A stretch of DNA of 64,000 nucleotides from the IMG/VR virus record IMGVR_UViG_3300037141_000236, positions 1 to 64,000 of that record, one strand, 5' to 3'. Every line of letters begins with the position of its first letter. Within the stretch, counting starts at the first letter, position 1. A program made the translations under genes and the position numbers. The notes below the pieces were generated by a model, which was given only the letters and a program-made list of their open reading frames with translations, had not been told where the DNA came from and ran no database searches. This DNA comes from a virus. Shown here in pieces: positions 38,602-48,466 of this stretch.

Positions 38602-38777
38602 TGGATAATCAATTTTCAACAATCACAGAAGAAGAATTAAGACAACGAGTATCTCGCTTAGCTTCACAAGCCGCAGGAGTGAGACAGAATGTTTTAAAAG
38701 AATGCGACAACCTTGAGAATCTTTATAAGGAGATTCTTAAGTTAAGAAAAGAAATGGCTGACAGAGTCAAAGGATAA
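38601..38777 (+). CDS. 58-aa coiled-coil protein (not in ORF track)
   Basis: MDNQFSTITEEELRQRVSRL...RVKG*; TAATG coupling at both ends. Confidence 0.65.
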   Translation: MDNQFSTITEEELRQRVSRLASQAAGVRQNVLKECDNLENLYKEILKLRKEMADRVKG

Positions 38778-39709
38778 TGGAACCAAATAGGATAACCTCC
38801 GGTAGGCCGAAAGACTTACTTAAAACAAAAATGACGGATCTTACCATCAACCACGAAAACTCGGGGCTTGGTAGGACTTTCTTTTTGGGTCAGGTTATTG
38901 ATTCGAAAGATCCATCAAATGCAAATAGATTAAGAATTCGTATTCCTTTATTAGATAATCCTTTTTATGTAGATGACTCAGGTAACTTAACTACAACATC
39001 TGGACACGATAAACTTCCATGGTGCATTTCTGCTCATGGAAGAATGATTGACACTCCTGAAAATAATAGCGTAGTACTCGTAGCTTTATTCGATCCGGCG
39101 AATCCAATGATGGGAAGAGTATGGTTCAGCGCAGTGCCTGAGCTATCAGCAACAGATATCTTTGATCAAACTCGTTTACAGCCAGAACAAGATTCTGGAG
39201 CTTGGAAGAATGCGGAGACATCCATTAATACAAAATATGGTAATACCCCAACTGTTGCAGGCCGACCAGCTTTACAAAGTAAAGCAAGGCAAACTAATCC
39301 TAGCGTGGGAATAAGAGGTAAAGATAATAACAAACTACTATTTGAAACGGGCAAAACTACACTTATACAGAACCAAGGAGTGAATAACAAGACCACTTTA
39401 ATTGAAATGACAGATAATTTAATGGTTATGAGTCAGCAATTGAGTATTCTATCAAGTCAATCTAATAAAAGACTTCATCCTGTGTTGGGTGATCCTTTAT
39501 TTACCTTCATGAGAAGTCAATTGGATCTATTGAATCAAATTGTTATTTTATTAAACACTTCTCCAGGCATCGGTAATAATGGGTATGCAGTTGCACCAGC
39601 AGTAACAGCACCGAATATACAGGCAGCGTATCAGAAGCTTACAGCAGACTTTGATATATTGAAACAATTGGGAGAAGGACAAGCTAAGAATATAACCATC
39701 TCAGCATAA
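38777..39709 (+). CDS. Baseplate hub/spike protein (gp5/VgrG-type OB-fold N-terminus)
   Basis: GQVIDSKDP..ANRLRIRIPLLD..LPWC..PE.NS.VLV, later GKDNN and PVLGD.L. Confidence 0.8.
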   Translation: MEPNRITSGRPKDLLKTKMTDLTINHENSGLGRTFFLGQVIDSKDPSNANRLRIRIPLLDNPFYVDDSGNLTTTSGHDKLPWCISAHGRMIDTPENNSVVLVALFDPANPMMGRVWFSAVPELSATDIFDQTRLQPEQDSGAWKNAETSINTKYGNTPTVAGRPALQSKARQTNPSVGIRGKDNNKLLFETGKTTLIQNQGVNNKTTLIEMTDNLMVMSQQLSILSSQSNKRLHPVLGDPLFTFMRSQLDLLNQIVILLNTSPGIGNNGYAVAPAVTAPNIQAAYQKLTADFDILKQLGEGQAKNITISA

Positions 39710-40053
39710 TGTTAAGACAGACAGGAATAGAGAATAGATTGATTACATTGGCGTCTCAGATAACACAGTTATTGACGCCGGGAATCCCTTTGTCTGATAA
39801 AGCTAGAGAGATTGCTAGACTTAATGCCATTGCAACGACAGAAACGAAAGATTCAGGATTTGTACCGGTAACTTTTGGCAATACGTTTATCTTCCCACAC
39901 AATTTAGGTTATACGCCGAGTGTAACTTTGATTGTAGGATTCAGACAGCCATCAGATTTCCCTTACATTTCAGCAATAGATGATAATACTGTCACAGTAA
40001 CGTGTGCATCGAATAATATTAATCCAACATTAATAAGAGTAATCTGTCATTAA
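39709..40053 (+). CDS. Small baseplate/tail-associated protein
   Basis: PHNLGYTPSVT motif typical of tail-associated beta domains; synteny. Confidence 0.55.
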   Translation: MLRQTGIENRLITLASQITQLLTPGIPLSDKAREIARLNAIATTETKDSGFVPVTFGNTFIFPHNLGYTPSVTLIVGFRQPSDFPYISAIDDNTVTVTCASNNINPTLIRVICH

Positions 40054-40428
40054 ATGGCTAAACCTAGTGCTTCGCTTCATTTTCCTTTTACAGAGGATCT
40101 CAATACGCACTCTTTATCAAGGGCGACGACTCCTAATGATGCGATACAAAGCGCAATAACCGCGTTTTTACTAACGGAGAAGGGCCAACGTAGAGGTAAT
40201 GCGATTGGGAGCTTTCTCCCCACATTACAACACCAATTAATTCCTTCATCTGCTTTACCAGGATTTGCAGATGAACTACAATCAGAGCTACAACAACAAT
40301 TTCCTGGAATCATATTTAATGATATTACATTAACACAAAATTTAGATGATCAAGTTGCTAATTTAGAAGTATCAATTACGTTTTCAACTCCCATCACCGA
40401 TGTCACCCAATTTTCGATAATCATATAA
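40054..40428 (+). CDS. gp25: Baseplate wedge protein (gp25-like)
   Basis: LHFPF, AI.S.I..FLLTEKGQR.G..IGS.L. Confidence 0.85.
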   Translation: MAKPSASLHFPFTEDLNTHSLSRATTPNDAIQSAITAFLLTEKGQRRGNAIGSFLPTLQHQLIPSSALPGFADELQSELQQQFPGIIFNDITLTQNLDDQVANLEVSITFSTPITDVTQFSIII

Positions 40429-42632
40429 TGGCAACAGTATCAACTAATCCAACGGTAGCAACTCCTTCTTCTACAGCAGGAACTCAAATTAACTATTTGA
40501 GTCGTGACTTTAATTCTATCCGTGCGGATTTAATAAACTGGAGTAAGTTATACCATCCTGACAAATTTATCTTTATAAACGACGCCACGCCTGATATGAT
40601 GTATCTAGAAATGGTTGCATTCGTGGGAGATATGCTTTCTTTCTATACAGATAAAACATTTAACGAATCATTCTTATCAACAGCTCAAGCTGCAGAATCA
40701 ATTACTCGCATTGCCAAAGACCTGGGATTCTTTGAAACAGGTTCTACTCCTGCACAAACACAAGTAACACTTACATTAACTGTTCCTTTTGTTACAATTA
40801 GTGGAGTTGTACAGCCAGACCCTGATTATTTAGTATCTATTAAATCAGGGATGGCTTTGCAATCAGATAGTGGAGTAAGTTTTGAAGTATTAGAAGAAGT
40901 TAACTTTGCAGACCAATTTAATAGAAATGTTATTCCTAATTTGGATGGTAATAATCTAATTATAAATTTCACCATAACTAAAACAGCTGTGGCGATTGCA
41001 GGACAAACGAAAATACAACGTTTCTTTGTATCCAATAACTTAGCAAAACCTTTCTTAGTTGTTACAATGGACGATCAAGACATTACACAAATTGTAAGTA
41101 TCTTGAATGTCCCCACAAATACATTCGTTGCTCCAATAGATGATGACTTCAATGATCCTAATAAGACTTGGACAGAAGTAAGAGCTCTTTCTGATTCCAC
41201 AGCATTTTTACCTTTAAGTCCGACAACAGTATCGACACAAGCTTTAGCTAGTTTCATTACTCCTGCAGTTCAACAAGGGGTTGATACTCCTATATCTAAA
41301 AGATTTATTGTTCGTAGAGATGTGAACGATATTGTTTCCTTAACATTTGGATCAAGCAGCACGTCATTTGCGTCATTTAACAATATGATTCAGACCGCGG
41401 TGGATCCAAACACTGTTTCTTTCAACCAAGTATTAAATAATACTTCTTTGGGAGAGATTCCTTTACCTAATTCAACCTTATTCATTAAGTATAGAGTAGG
41501 TGGTGGTGAACAAACGAATATTATTACAGGACAATTGAATACAATAGTTGCAAAGAACTTCTTTCCAGCAAGCCCTACTGCAAACTTAACAATCTTACAA
41601 CAAGTAAGAAATTCATTATCTGTAGCCAATTTAATTCCGGCACTTGGTGGTAAAGACGTACCTTCAAGTGAAGAGATAAGAGTTACTGCTGGAAAAGTAT
41701 TCGCAGCACAAGACAGAGCTGTTACTTATGAAGACGTTAAAGCTATTCTAAGTACAATGCCTCCAGAATTTGGAAGGCCATTTAGAATTTCATATGAAGA
41801 AATGAAACCTATGGTGGCTAACTTCCAACAAGTAGAAAATGGTGTTAACACCTTGATGGCAAATCTATTAGCTGATCCAACAGCAATTGGTAGGCAATTG
41901 ATTGCACAACAAATATCCAGCTTCATGGCAAATCTAAGAACAGGAACAGCTATGATTGGAGCAAGTAACGTTGTATCTACATTGGATGCTGTATCGTTAC
42001 AATTACTGGGCCAACTTCCAACATTATGGATTGGAGAAAAAGCAAGGTTATATGTATTAGGTATCGATGAATCAGGGCAATTACTTACAGCGTTCAAAGA
42101 TCCTACAAGTGGATTATTTATATCTCCAAATCAATTATTAAAACAAAACATACAACAGTTTCTTATTTCTAAAAGAGTAATAGGAGATTGGATTGATGTT
42201 GTGGATGCAAGAGTAGTAAACTTTCAAGTAGAATTTACAGTATTAACAGACAAGAAGAATAAACAACAAGTGTTAGTTGACTGTTTAAATAAGTTAAGAG
42301 ATTATTTCAATTCAAATAATTGGAACATCAATCAGCCTATTATGATAGCAAATGTCGTTACTGCTCTTCAGGAAATTAATGGAGTAGTCAATGTCGTTGA
42401 CATTAGCTTTTATAACATATTTGGGTTAGGAAATGCGAGTCAAGACCCTGTCAGTGGCAGAGTTTATCAACCGGTTGAAAGTGGAAGATATAGAAACAAT
42501 AGCCCTATACCAGCTTCTGTTGCAAATAATAGGTATCTTATGATGCCCGTGAATAACATAATTGTTTCTTACCCAGATCAGCAGTTCGAAATCCGATTTC
42601 CGGAAAGTGACCTCATAGCCAAAGCTTTATAG
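40428..42632 (+). CDS. gp6: Baseplate wedge protein (gp6/baseplate J-like)
   Basis: INYLSRDFNSIR..L, EMVAFVGDMLSFY.D, KYRVGGG..N, ALGGKD, FAAQDRAVT..D, FEIRFPESD. Confidence 0.9.
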   Translation: MATVSTNPTVATPSSTAGTQINYLSRDFNSIRADLINWSKLYHPDKFIFINDATPDMMYLEMVAFVGDMLSFYTDKTFNESFLSTAQAAESITRIAKDLGFFETGSTPAQTQVTLTLTVPFVTISGVVQPDPDYLVSIKSGMALQSDSGVSFEVLEEVNFADQFNRNVIPNLDGNNLIINFTITKTAVAIAGQTKIQRFFVSNNLAKPFLVVTMDDQDITQIVSILNVPTNTFVAPIDDDFNDPNKTWTEVRALSDSTAFLPLSPTTVSTQALASFITPAVQQGVDTPISKRFIVRRDVNDIVSLTFGSSSTSFASFNNMIQTAVDPNTVSFNQVLNNTSLGEIPLPNSTLFIKYRVGGGEQTNIITGQLNTIVAKNFFPASPTANLTILQQVRNSLSVANLIPALGGKDVPSSEEIRVTAGKVFAAQDRAVTYEDVKAILSTMPPEFGRPFRISYEEMKPMVANFQQVENGVNTLMANLLADPTAIGRQLIAQQISSFMANLRTGTAMIGASNVVSTLDAVSLQLLGQLPTLWIGEKARLYVLGIDESGQLLTAFKDPTSGLFISPNQLLKQNIQQFLISKRVIGDWIDVVDARVVNFQVEFTVLTDKKNKQQVLVDCLNKLRDYFNSNNWNINQPIMIANVVTALQEINGVVNVVDISFYNIFGLGNASQDPVSGRVYQPVESGRYRNNSPIPASVANNRYLMMPVNNIIVSYPDQQFEIRFPESDLIAKAL

Positions 42633-42734
42633 AAATAATAGTACTAAATTATAAAGGTATCATTGCAAAGGCACTGTAATTGTAACTTCCTTTTATTTTA
42701 TTGATATTTAATAAGAACAGCATATTAATCTAAA

Positions 42735-43460
42735 ATGAGTAAAGCAAATAATAAAGCTAAACCCAAATATATCCGTGAAGAGGACGTTGCACGTGAATTT
42801 CTAAGTATTAATAAAGAACTAAAACTTACTGATAAACAGAAGCAATTAGTTAAACAGATTGAGCAAGACAAGATTGTTATTGTTACTGGCCCCGCCGGAA
42901 CGTCAAAAACGTGGGTCTCTTGTTACTCCAGCATACAATTACTAAAGAAGAATAAGATTTCTAAGATTATTCTTTGTAAACCTACCGTTATTACATCAGG
43001 CTCTGTGGATCTTGGAGCTCTTCCTGGAGAATTATCTGACAAAATTGGGCCATTTGCTGAAAGTTTCTATCAAAATTTCAGTGAGATCATCCCTGCACAT
43101 GATTTAAAATCATTAATAGAATCTAAAGCTATTGAATTTGTACCTGTGCAGTTTATGCGTGGATATACTTTTAAGAAAAACACAATAGTGTTAGTGGATG
43201 AATTCCAAAATTTTCATTTTAACGAATTATATACTATCGTTACAAGATTAGGTAAGGATTCTAAAATTGTCTTTGCGGGAGATGCTACACAAAATGACAT
43301 TAAATTAAAGTATTTAGCGGTAGCTAAATTTCAAAAGCTTTTGGAAGATTTACCTGGAATTTCTAATTTTGAGTTTGATCGTTCTGATAATATGCGTGAT
43401 CCTTTATTGGTTGAAATCACGGATCGTTACGAAAAAATGAACGATGATGAAAAAAAGTAA
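42735..43460 (+). CDS. phoH: PhoH-like ATPase
   Basis: GPAGTSKT, LGALPG, FMRGYTF, VDEFQN, TRLG, GDATQND. Confidence 0.95.
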   Translation: MSKANNKAKPKYIREEDVAREFLSINKELKLTDKQKQLVKQIEQDKIVIVTGPAGTSKTWVSCYSSIQLLKKNKISKIILCKPTVITSGSVDLGALPGELSDKIGPFAESFYQNFSEIIPAHDLKSLIESKAIEFVPVQFMRGYTFKKNTIVLVDEFQNFHFNELYTIVTRLGKDSKIVFAGDATQNDIKLKYLAVAKFQKLLEDLPGISNFEFDRSDNMRDPLLVEITDRYEKMNDDEKK

Positions 43461-43641
43461 AACAGACAGAAAACATACAAAAGAGTCTGTTGGGCAAATT
43501 GTGAAAAATTATACTCATATGGAAGATTTAATTAGAGAACAAGCAGGCTGTTATCAACATTGTCTAAAAAACAAAAAGACTGATCTTTTAAAGGGTTTAA
43601 AATACAAATTAGAAAGATCAAACGGTCGAATTAAGAATTAA
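43444..43641 (+). CDS. Small basic protein, possibly a single repeat unit of an endonuclease DNA-binding array
   Basis: HTKESV....KNY....DL.....GCYQ...KN. Confidence 0.4.
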   Translation: MMKKSKTDRKHTKESVGQIVKNYTHMEDLIREQAGCYQHCLKNKKTDLLKGLKYKLERSNGRIKN

Positions 43642-43659
43642 TAGGTATTTATAGAAGTA

Positions 43660-44307
43660 ATGCTACTACAAGAAGCCACATACCAAGATAACATTGATCA
43701 ATTGAATAAAGTATTAGCTTACTTATTCAATCATCAGCAGATGTCTTATATCCAAAAACAAACTTGGGATAAGATATTGAAAGAGCCTGATCTTGTTACA
43801 AAGTATCAAAAGCTTATGACCTTCTATAATGATAAGAAGAATAAGTTTCCTGATGCAAGAGAGATTCTTAAGAAATCAGCTCCAGAGATAAAGCCTGCCG
43901 GTGCTAAAGCAGAGCCTCTTTCTCCAGCCGGTGGAATTTCTCCTGAACGTATGGAACAACAGATTAAATATTACAATTATGCCATTCGTACATTGAGAGA
44001 CAATAAGCAAATGTCTAACGAACAATGGAGACAATATGTTGGAATAGGTAAAGAAGCTAAAGACCAAGAGGGTTTATTGCTTGCATTAAGTCAATTCTAT
44101 AAAAACAATAAGTTTCCAAAAGCTAGTGACGTTGTAAAGCAAGCGCAAGCAGCATATCAACAAAAAGCCAATGCCGCCAAAGCATCAACTGGTGCAGTCG
44201 CTACCGGGTTAGACACATCTAAATTCTCGCCAGAGAAACAAAAGATAATTGACTCATATATAAATTACCTTCAACAGATCACGGGTCGCAAAGTTGTATT
44301 TCAATAA
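43660..44307 (+). CDS. Putative internal head protein with internal duplication and C-terminal ITGRKVVF motif
   Basis: MLLQEA start; two copies of L....QMS..QW.......L..FY..NKFP.A; late box at 43646. Confidence 0.7.
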   Translation: MLLQEATYQDNIDQLNKVLAYLFNHQQMSYIQKQTWDKILKEPDLVTKYQKLMTFYNDKKNKFPDAREILKKSAPEIKPAGAKAEPLSPAGGISPERMEQQIKYYNYAIRTLRDNKQMSNEQWRQYVGIGKEAKDQEGLLLALSQFYKNNKFPKASDVVKQAQAAYQQKANAAKASTGAVATGLDTSKFSPEKQKIIDSYINYLQQITGRKVVFQ

Positions 44308-45024
44308 ATGAGAGAATCATATTGTGTTTATTTTCACATTAACCCTATTAAACAAGAAGTATTTTATGTAGGTATTGGAAATTCCAAAAGACCTTACAAA
44401 AAACAAGGTCGTTCTAAATTATGGGTAAACACTGTGAATAAGTATAGTCATGATATTATCATTATTCATAAAAATCTTTCTTGGTCCGAAGCAAGTCAGT
44501 TGGAAATACAATATATTAAACAAATAGGTCGTAAAGATTTAGGTAAAGGTTCTTTAGTAAACCTATCCTCAGGTGGTGAAGGTGCTATTGGTGTTAAGCG
44601 TTCTGACGAACAAAAACAAAAAATTCGTTTAAAACTAACAGGATATAAACACTCTAAAGAAGCATGTGAAAACATGGGCAAGTCTCGCTTAGGTAAACTG
44701 CGTCCGCACAAAGAAGAAACAAAACGTAAAATAGGTTTAGCTCATGTAGGAAAGAAACTTACTCAAGAACATAAAGATAATATTCGAACTGCTCGAACCG
44801 GTTGGGTTTATTCAGAAGAATCAAAACAAAAGATAAGCCAATCTAAAATGGGTCACACTACGTCTTTCGAAGCTAAAGCCAAAATGCGCGCAGCAAAGTT
44901 GGGTATTAAGAATGGCCCACATTCAGAAGAAACTAAACGAAAAATGTCATTAGCCAAAATAGAAGGCTATAAAAGAAGAAAACTTTTAAAGGAATTAACA
45001 GAACAGAAGGTCACATTTGCTTAA
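44308..45024 (+). CDS. GIY-YIG homing endonuclease with NUMOD3 repeats
   Basis: YCVYFH..VFYVGIG..RPY, LE..YIKQIGRKDLG.G.LVN..GGEG; repeated HS.E.K.K. Confidence 0.88.
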   Translation: MRESYCVYFHINPIKQEVFYVGIGNSKRPYKKQGRSKLWVNTVNKYSHDIIIIHKNLSWSEASQLEIQYIKQIGRKDLGKGSLVNLSSGGEGAIGVKRSDEQKQKIRLKLTGYKHSKEACENMGKSRLGKLRPHKEETKRKIGLAHVGKKLTQEHKDNIRTARTGWVYSEESKQKISQSKMGHTTSFEAKAKMRAAKLGIKNGPHSEETKRKMSLAKIEGYKRRKLLKELTEQKVTFA

Positions 45025-45064
45025 ATAATACAAATTAATACGGTAACCATCTAAACATAAAAGT

Positions 45065-45095
45065 TAGGATGGTTATTTTTTTGTTTGTACTTTTA
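45065..45095 (+). promoter_or_regulatory. Early/middle promoter opening the accessory gene array
   Basis: TAGG-N19-TACTTTTA, 3 nt before ATG 45099. Confidence 0.55.
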
Positions 45096-45098
45096 GGC

Positions 45099-45350
45099 AT
45101 GGCAACTGAGCAACGCATATCTTCTGGACAAATACCTGAAATGATACCATTTCTTGGTGCCCGAGTCTCCGTGCTTAATAAAAAAGGCGAAACGATCTGT
45201 GGCGAACTACAATTTGTAGGAATTCTTCCCTTGATTCCTGAGTGGGGCTTGGTATGTACCATAAGTCGTTTGCCTGGTGTGGAAATAAACAGCCTGGCTG
45301 ACATAACATTATTAGATAAAGAATGGACCTGTAAAACCGAAACAACATGA
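45099..45350 (+). CDS. Hypothetical protein
   Basis: Start reassigned to ATG 45099. Confidence 0.6.
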   Translation: MATEQRISSGQIPEMIPFLGARVSVLNKKGETICGELQFVGILPLIPEWGLVCTISRLPGVEINSLADITLLDKEWTCKTETT

Positions 45351-45535
45351 TCGCACTCTGTATGATTTTGTATCTTTCTGGAATAGTTATTATACAAGCT
45401 GCATTCTTAGCTTATCTTTTCCGAAACTATGGAGTTACTGAACGGTTACCTTGGCCTCTACGTTTGGTAGCACTGCTTTCATTTCTTTCACTGATTGCAA
45501 GCTTCTATTTTGTATTTCAAAACCATTTAAAATGA
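45347..45535 (+). CDS. Small two-TM membrane protein
   Basis: ATGA coupling; hydrophobic. Confidence 0.55.
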   Translation: MIALCMILYLSGIVIIQAAFLAYLFRNYGVTERLPWPLRLVALLSFLSLIASFYFVFQNHLK

Positions 45536-45774
45536 GTGCACGATTCACAAAAACAGTTCCTGAGTTTGTTTATATGGAAGCAGTTGGTTCCGGATGGTTT
45601 GCTGGACTTTATGTACATCCCAAAGCAGGAAGAAAAATGAGAAAATTCCAATTGGTTGAAGTGCCAATGGATCCTCCAAAAACTAAAAAACCCAAAAAGA
45701 AGAAAGCTCCTTCTAAAGGAAACCCCATGCGATACGATAGGGTTCTGTTCACTGCGAAAGATCTGTATAAGTAA
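45532..45774 (+). CDS. Hypothetical basic protein
   Basis: Start reassigned to ATG 45532. Confidence 0.55.
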   Translation: MSARFTKTVPEFVYMEAVGSGWFAGLYVHPKAGRKMRKFQLVEVPMDPPKTKKPKKKKAPSKGNPMRYDRVLFTAKDLYK

Positions 45775-45789
45775 CACCCCCATATTAAT

Positions 45790-47016
45790 ATGATACACTT
45801 TAAGGTTGATAAGAAAGCTGAGGCGGTTACTTTCAGAACAACTTTGAAATTTGAAAGTTGGTTTCTCACTCTGCAAGTAACAAAGCTCCTCTATTATAAT
45901 AATGAAGCTACACTCGGAGAACAAGACTTCGAGACGGTTTTCTATTGGCCGGAATCTAAATACAGAGATCACGGTTATCTTAAACAATGGATACTCGACA
46001 ATAACTACCTTTATCAATCTGGCAAGAATTACGAAGTACAATTCGAAGCTGTGATGGTTGAAAAAGATCGTAATCATAAGCACATTGTAAGAGTCTTTAA
46101 CGAATCCGATTGGGAGAACTATTGGGAAGTTCTTGTTCCTCCATGTGATTCAGGTACTCGTTTAGATTATCTCGTAGAAGAGGGAAAATCATTCAGATAT
46201 CGTTACAATTGTACTGAAGGACAATACGAAGGAATCCCTTTGAGAATCATTGATGGTGAAATACAAGACTATCCTTATGTTCCTATACGTCAAGGGTTTT
46301 TCGATTGGGTGAGAGAAACTAAGGAAGAGATTCCAGTAGTTGAGGCGGAGCCAAGTTTATTCTATCCATTTACATTAAGGCCTGATGGGTTTTATTTTGC
46401 TGGAGACTTCTTATATAGTAAGGCAGCATTTAATGGTGCAGAGTACTACAACCCTGTAAGAAGACTATTCCCCATTCCTGAGACAAGCCTCTGGACAATA
46501 GTTAAAGGCTGGGCTCCTCCTGCTGAACCAAAGAAGAAAAAGAAGGAAAAGAAAACTGAGCTTACTCCAAGGCAAAAGAACCTTATTAAGGAACTGAAAG
46601 AGTTTATCATTCCCGGTGGAACGCCTGCTGACTACGAAGAGCGTATGGCTGCAGTATCTCCTTATACAATCATTTGGAATTTATTTGTACACAAGCCCGA
46701 ACATGAATACTCAGGAAACGATTATAAAACAATCTTCAACCACCTTACCGGAATTGTCGAGAAAGACAAACCTGCAATCGTTTTACCATTTGAAGAGACG
46801 AAGTTTTACTATACGCGATCTGAACGAACTGATATCGACACGCGGTTCCAAATCATAAAGATTGAAAAGAAAGCCAACGGAGAGATTTGGAGAATACAAG
46901 GATTCCATGCTGATAAGAAGTGCATTGACCATTCTGATAAAAATTATTTTAATCCTGGAGGCAAAGAAGTTTTATTCCCAATAGAACCCACAGACCTAAT
47001 CCCAGAAACAAAATGA
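45790..47016 (+). CDS. Hypothetical protein
   Basis: 408-aa ORF with no recognised family. Confidence 0.75.
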   Translation: MIHFKVDKKAEAVTFRTTLKFESWFLTLQVTKLLYYNNEATLGEQDFETVFYWPESKYRDHGYLKQWILDNNYLYQSGKNYEVQFEAVMVEKDRNHKHIVRVFNESDWENYWEVLVPPCDSGTRLDYLVEEGKSFRYRYNCTEGQYEGIPLRIIDGEIQDYPYVPIRQGFFDWVRETKEEIPVVEAEPSLFYPFTLRPDGFYFAGDFLYSKAAFNGAEYYNPVRRLFPIPETSLWTIVKGWAPPAEPKKKKKEKKTELTPRQKNLIKELKEFIIPGGTPADYEERMAAVSPYTIIWNLFVHKPEHEYSGNDYKTIFNHLTGIVEKDKPAIVLPFEETKFYYTRSERTDIDTRFQIIKIEKKANGEIWRIQGFHADKKCIDHSDKNYFNPGGKEVLFPIEPTDLIPETK

Positions 47017-47201
47017 ATCGACATCCTGCTTTAGAAGTCTTATTGGCTTCAGACCGAATGATTGAGAAAATTGACGAAGCATTAAACATTTTAAAACCAA
47101 ACACATATGGCATCGGTGACAATGAAACAAACAGACTTTATTCTCAAACAAGCAGTACAACTCAAAGGGACAAAGTTTTGGGGCAAAGTAAGAATGATTG
47201 A
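47013..47201 (+). CDS. Hypothetical protein
   Basis: ATGA-coupled to the upstream gene. Confidence 0.45.
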   Translation: MNRHPALEVLLASDRMIEKIDEALNILKPNTYGIGDNETNRLYSQTSSTTQRDKVLGQSKND

Positions 47202-48036
47202 AACAGATCCCGAGACAGGAGAACAAACTCGTATTTATGTGCAACTTCTTTCTTCAAAGAGGGATCACCATGAAGCTTCTGGATTTAAAACAGAGAGGTT
47301 TGACTACCAACTTGTTCCATGCCTGTTTGATGAAATAGAAGACAGGGCTGCTTCTAATAATGACATTTTCTCTTTAATATCAAGAGGAGACCTGGCAAAG
47401 ATCAAAACGCTCAAACTTAAAAACCTTGACAGGCAACCTATGGGCCGAGCCATAGGTCATCACGGTGCGATTGGCTGGGCTCTTGCTGTCGGAACCATTG
47501 AAGTGATTCAGTACCTTCTGGAATATTCTCCGAAACTAAGACATTCAGCAGGTTGGCTTAACTATCTTTATAATAGGCAAGCGACAACAACACAAGCTGA
47601 GTACCTTTTGATTTATGATCTTCTTTTAAAACATTACCCCAATCAATTGGTAAACTCCCAGGTGGTTCGCAATATGCAATATCAGGAAGATAAATATTTC
47701 GCGATAATACCAATGTATCTTAAACAAGAAGGTGTGGCAGCACGCAATGTAAAAGGATACCAAAACTTACTTGTCCACGCTTTACGTTCCGGAGCTTATA
47801 AAATAGCACAACATTTGATTGTGAATGGGTTTGATTTATACCAAACCATTGATTTTTTAAAACATGAATCTTTTCGCACACATGGTAATCCCGATCGAAC
47901 CCAATTAGATGGTGTTCGAGAGATATTGAAAAGTCGTGGCCATGCAAGCACAGCTATTGAGGATCTTATTAAGTTCGCCAAGGATCCAGAACGTTGGGAA
48001 GCGAATGAAGTAATCAAACAAGAAATCGGGTTATGA
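47194..48036 (+). CDS. Ankyrin-repeat-like protein ending in IKQEIGL
   Basis: IFSLISRGDLAKIK.L, AIGWALAVGTIEVIQYLLE, LLVHALRSGAYKIAQHLIVNGFD; start may be 47107 or 47194. Confidence 0.6.
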   Translation: MIETDPETGEQTRIYVQLLSSKRDHHEASGFKTERFDYQLVPCLFDEIEDRAASNNDIFSLISRGDLAKIKTLKLKNLDRQPMGRAIGHHGAIGWALAVGTIEVIQYLLEYSPKLRHSAGWLNYLYNRQATTTQAEYLLIYDLLLKHYPNQLVNSQVVRNMQYQEDKYFAIIPMYLKQEGVAARNVKGYQNLLVHALRSGAYKIAQHLIVNGFDLYQTIDFLKHESFRTHGNPDRTQLDGVREILKSRGHASTAIEDLIKFAKDPERWEANEVIKQEIGL

Positions 48037-48398
48037 AAACCATAGAAGAAGACTTTTGTGTTCTCTTGCCTGAAGATCGGGAAGAAAACAAAATTGTATT
48101 CTTGCGTATTGAACTTCTTCTTTTAGATAATGGCTATCAATGGCCGGGATCTCAAATATTTGATTATAAAAAGACCTTCAGATACCTGCCGCGAGCAACA
48201 AAGTTTACAGTTCGAAAAGAGGAGCGCGGTAAATTTATAAGGTATTCAACATTTCCTCATGCAGAAGGGTTCTGTATATCTCCTGATATATTAATTGATT
48301 ACTTTGAAAACGATGGTTTATATCCACCTGCGTTACAAAGAGCATACGATTGGATTCACATGGAAATTTACCCTGATCCAATAACCCTAGCGTGCTAA
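48033..48398 (+). CDS. Hypothetical protein
   Basis: ATGA coupling. Confidence 0.65.
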   Translation: MKTIEEDFCVLLPEDREENKIVFLRIELLLLDNGYQWPGSQIFDYKKTFRYLPRATKFTVRKEERGKFIRYSTFPHAEGFCISPDILIDYFENDGLYPPALQRAYDWIHMEIYPDPITLAC

Positions 48399-48466
48399 CA
48401 TTCTCAACAATAAGGTTTATCCGTTAACAATCTTTCTATATCTTTACGGTATCAATAACAACGCCC

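Noticed and set aside
19623-42632. Bacterial contractile injection system (eCIS/T6SS) instead of a phage
   Set aside because: Capsid, scaffold, prohead protease, neck genes and a late sigma factor are present, which indicates a complete myophage.
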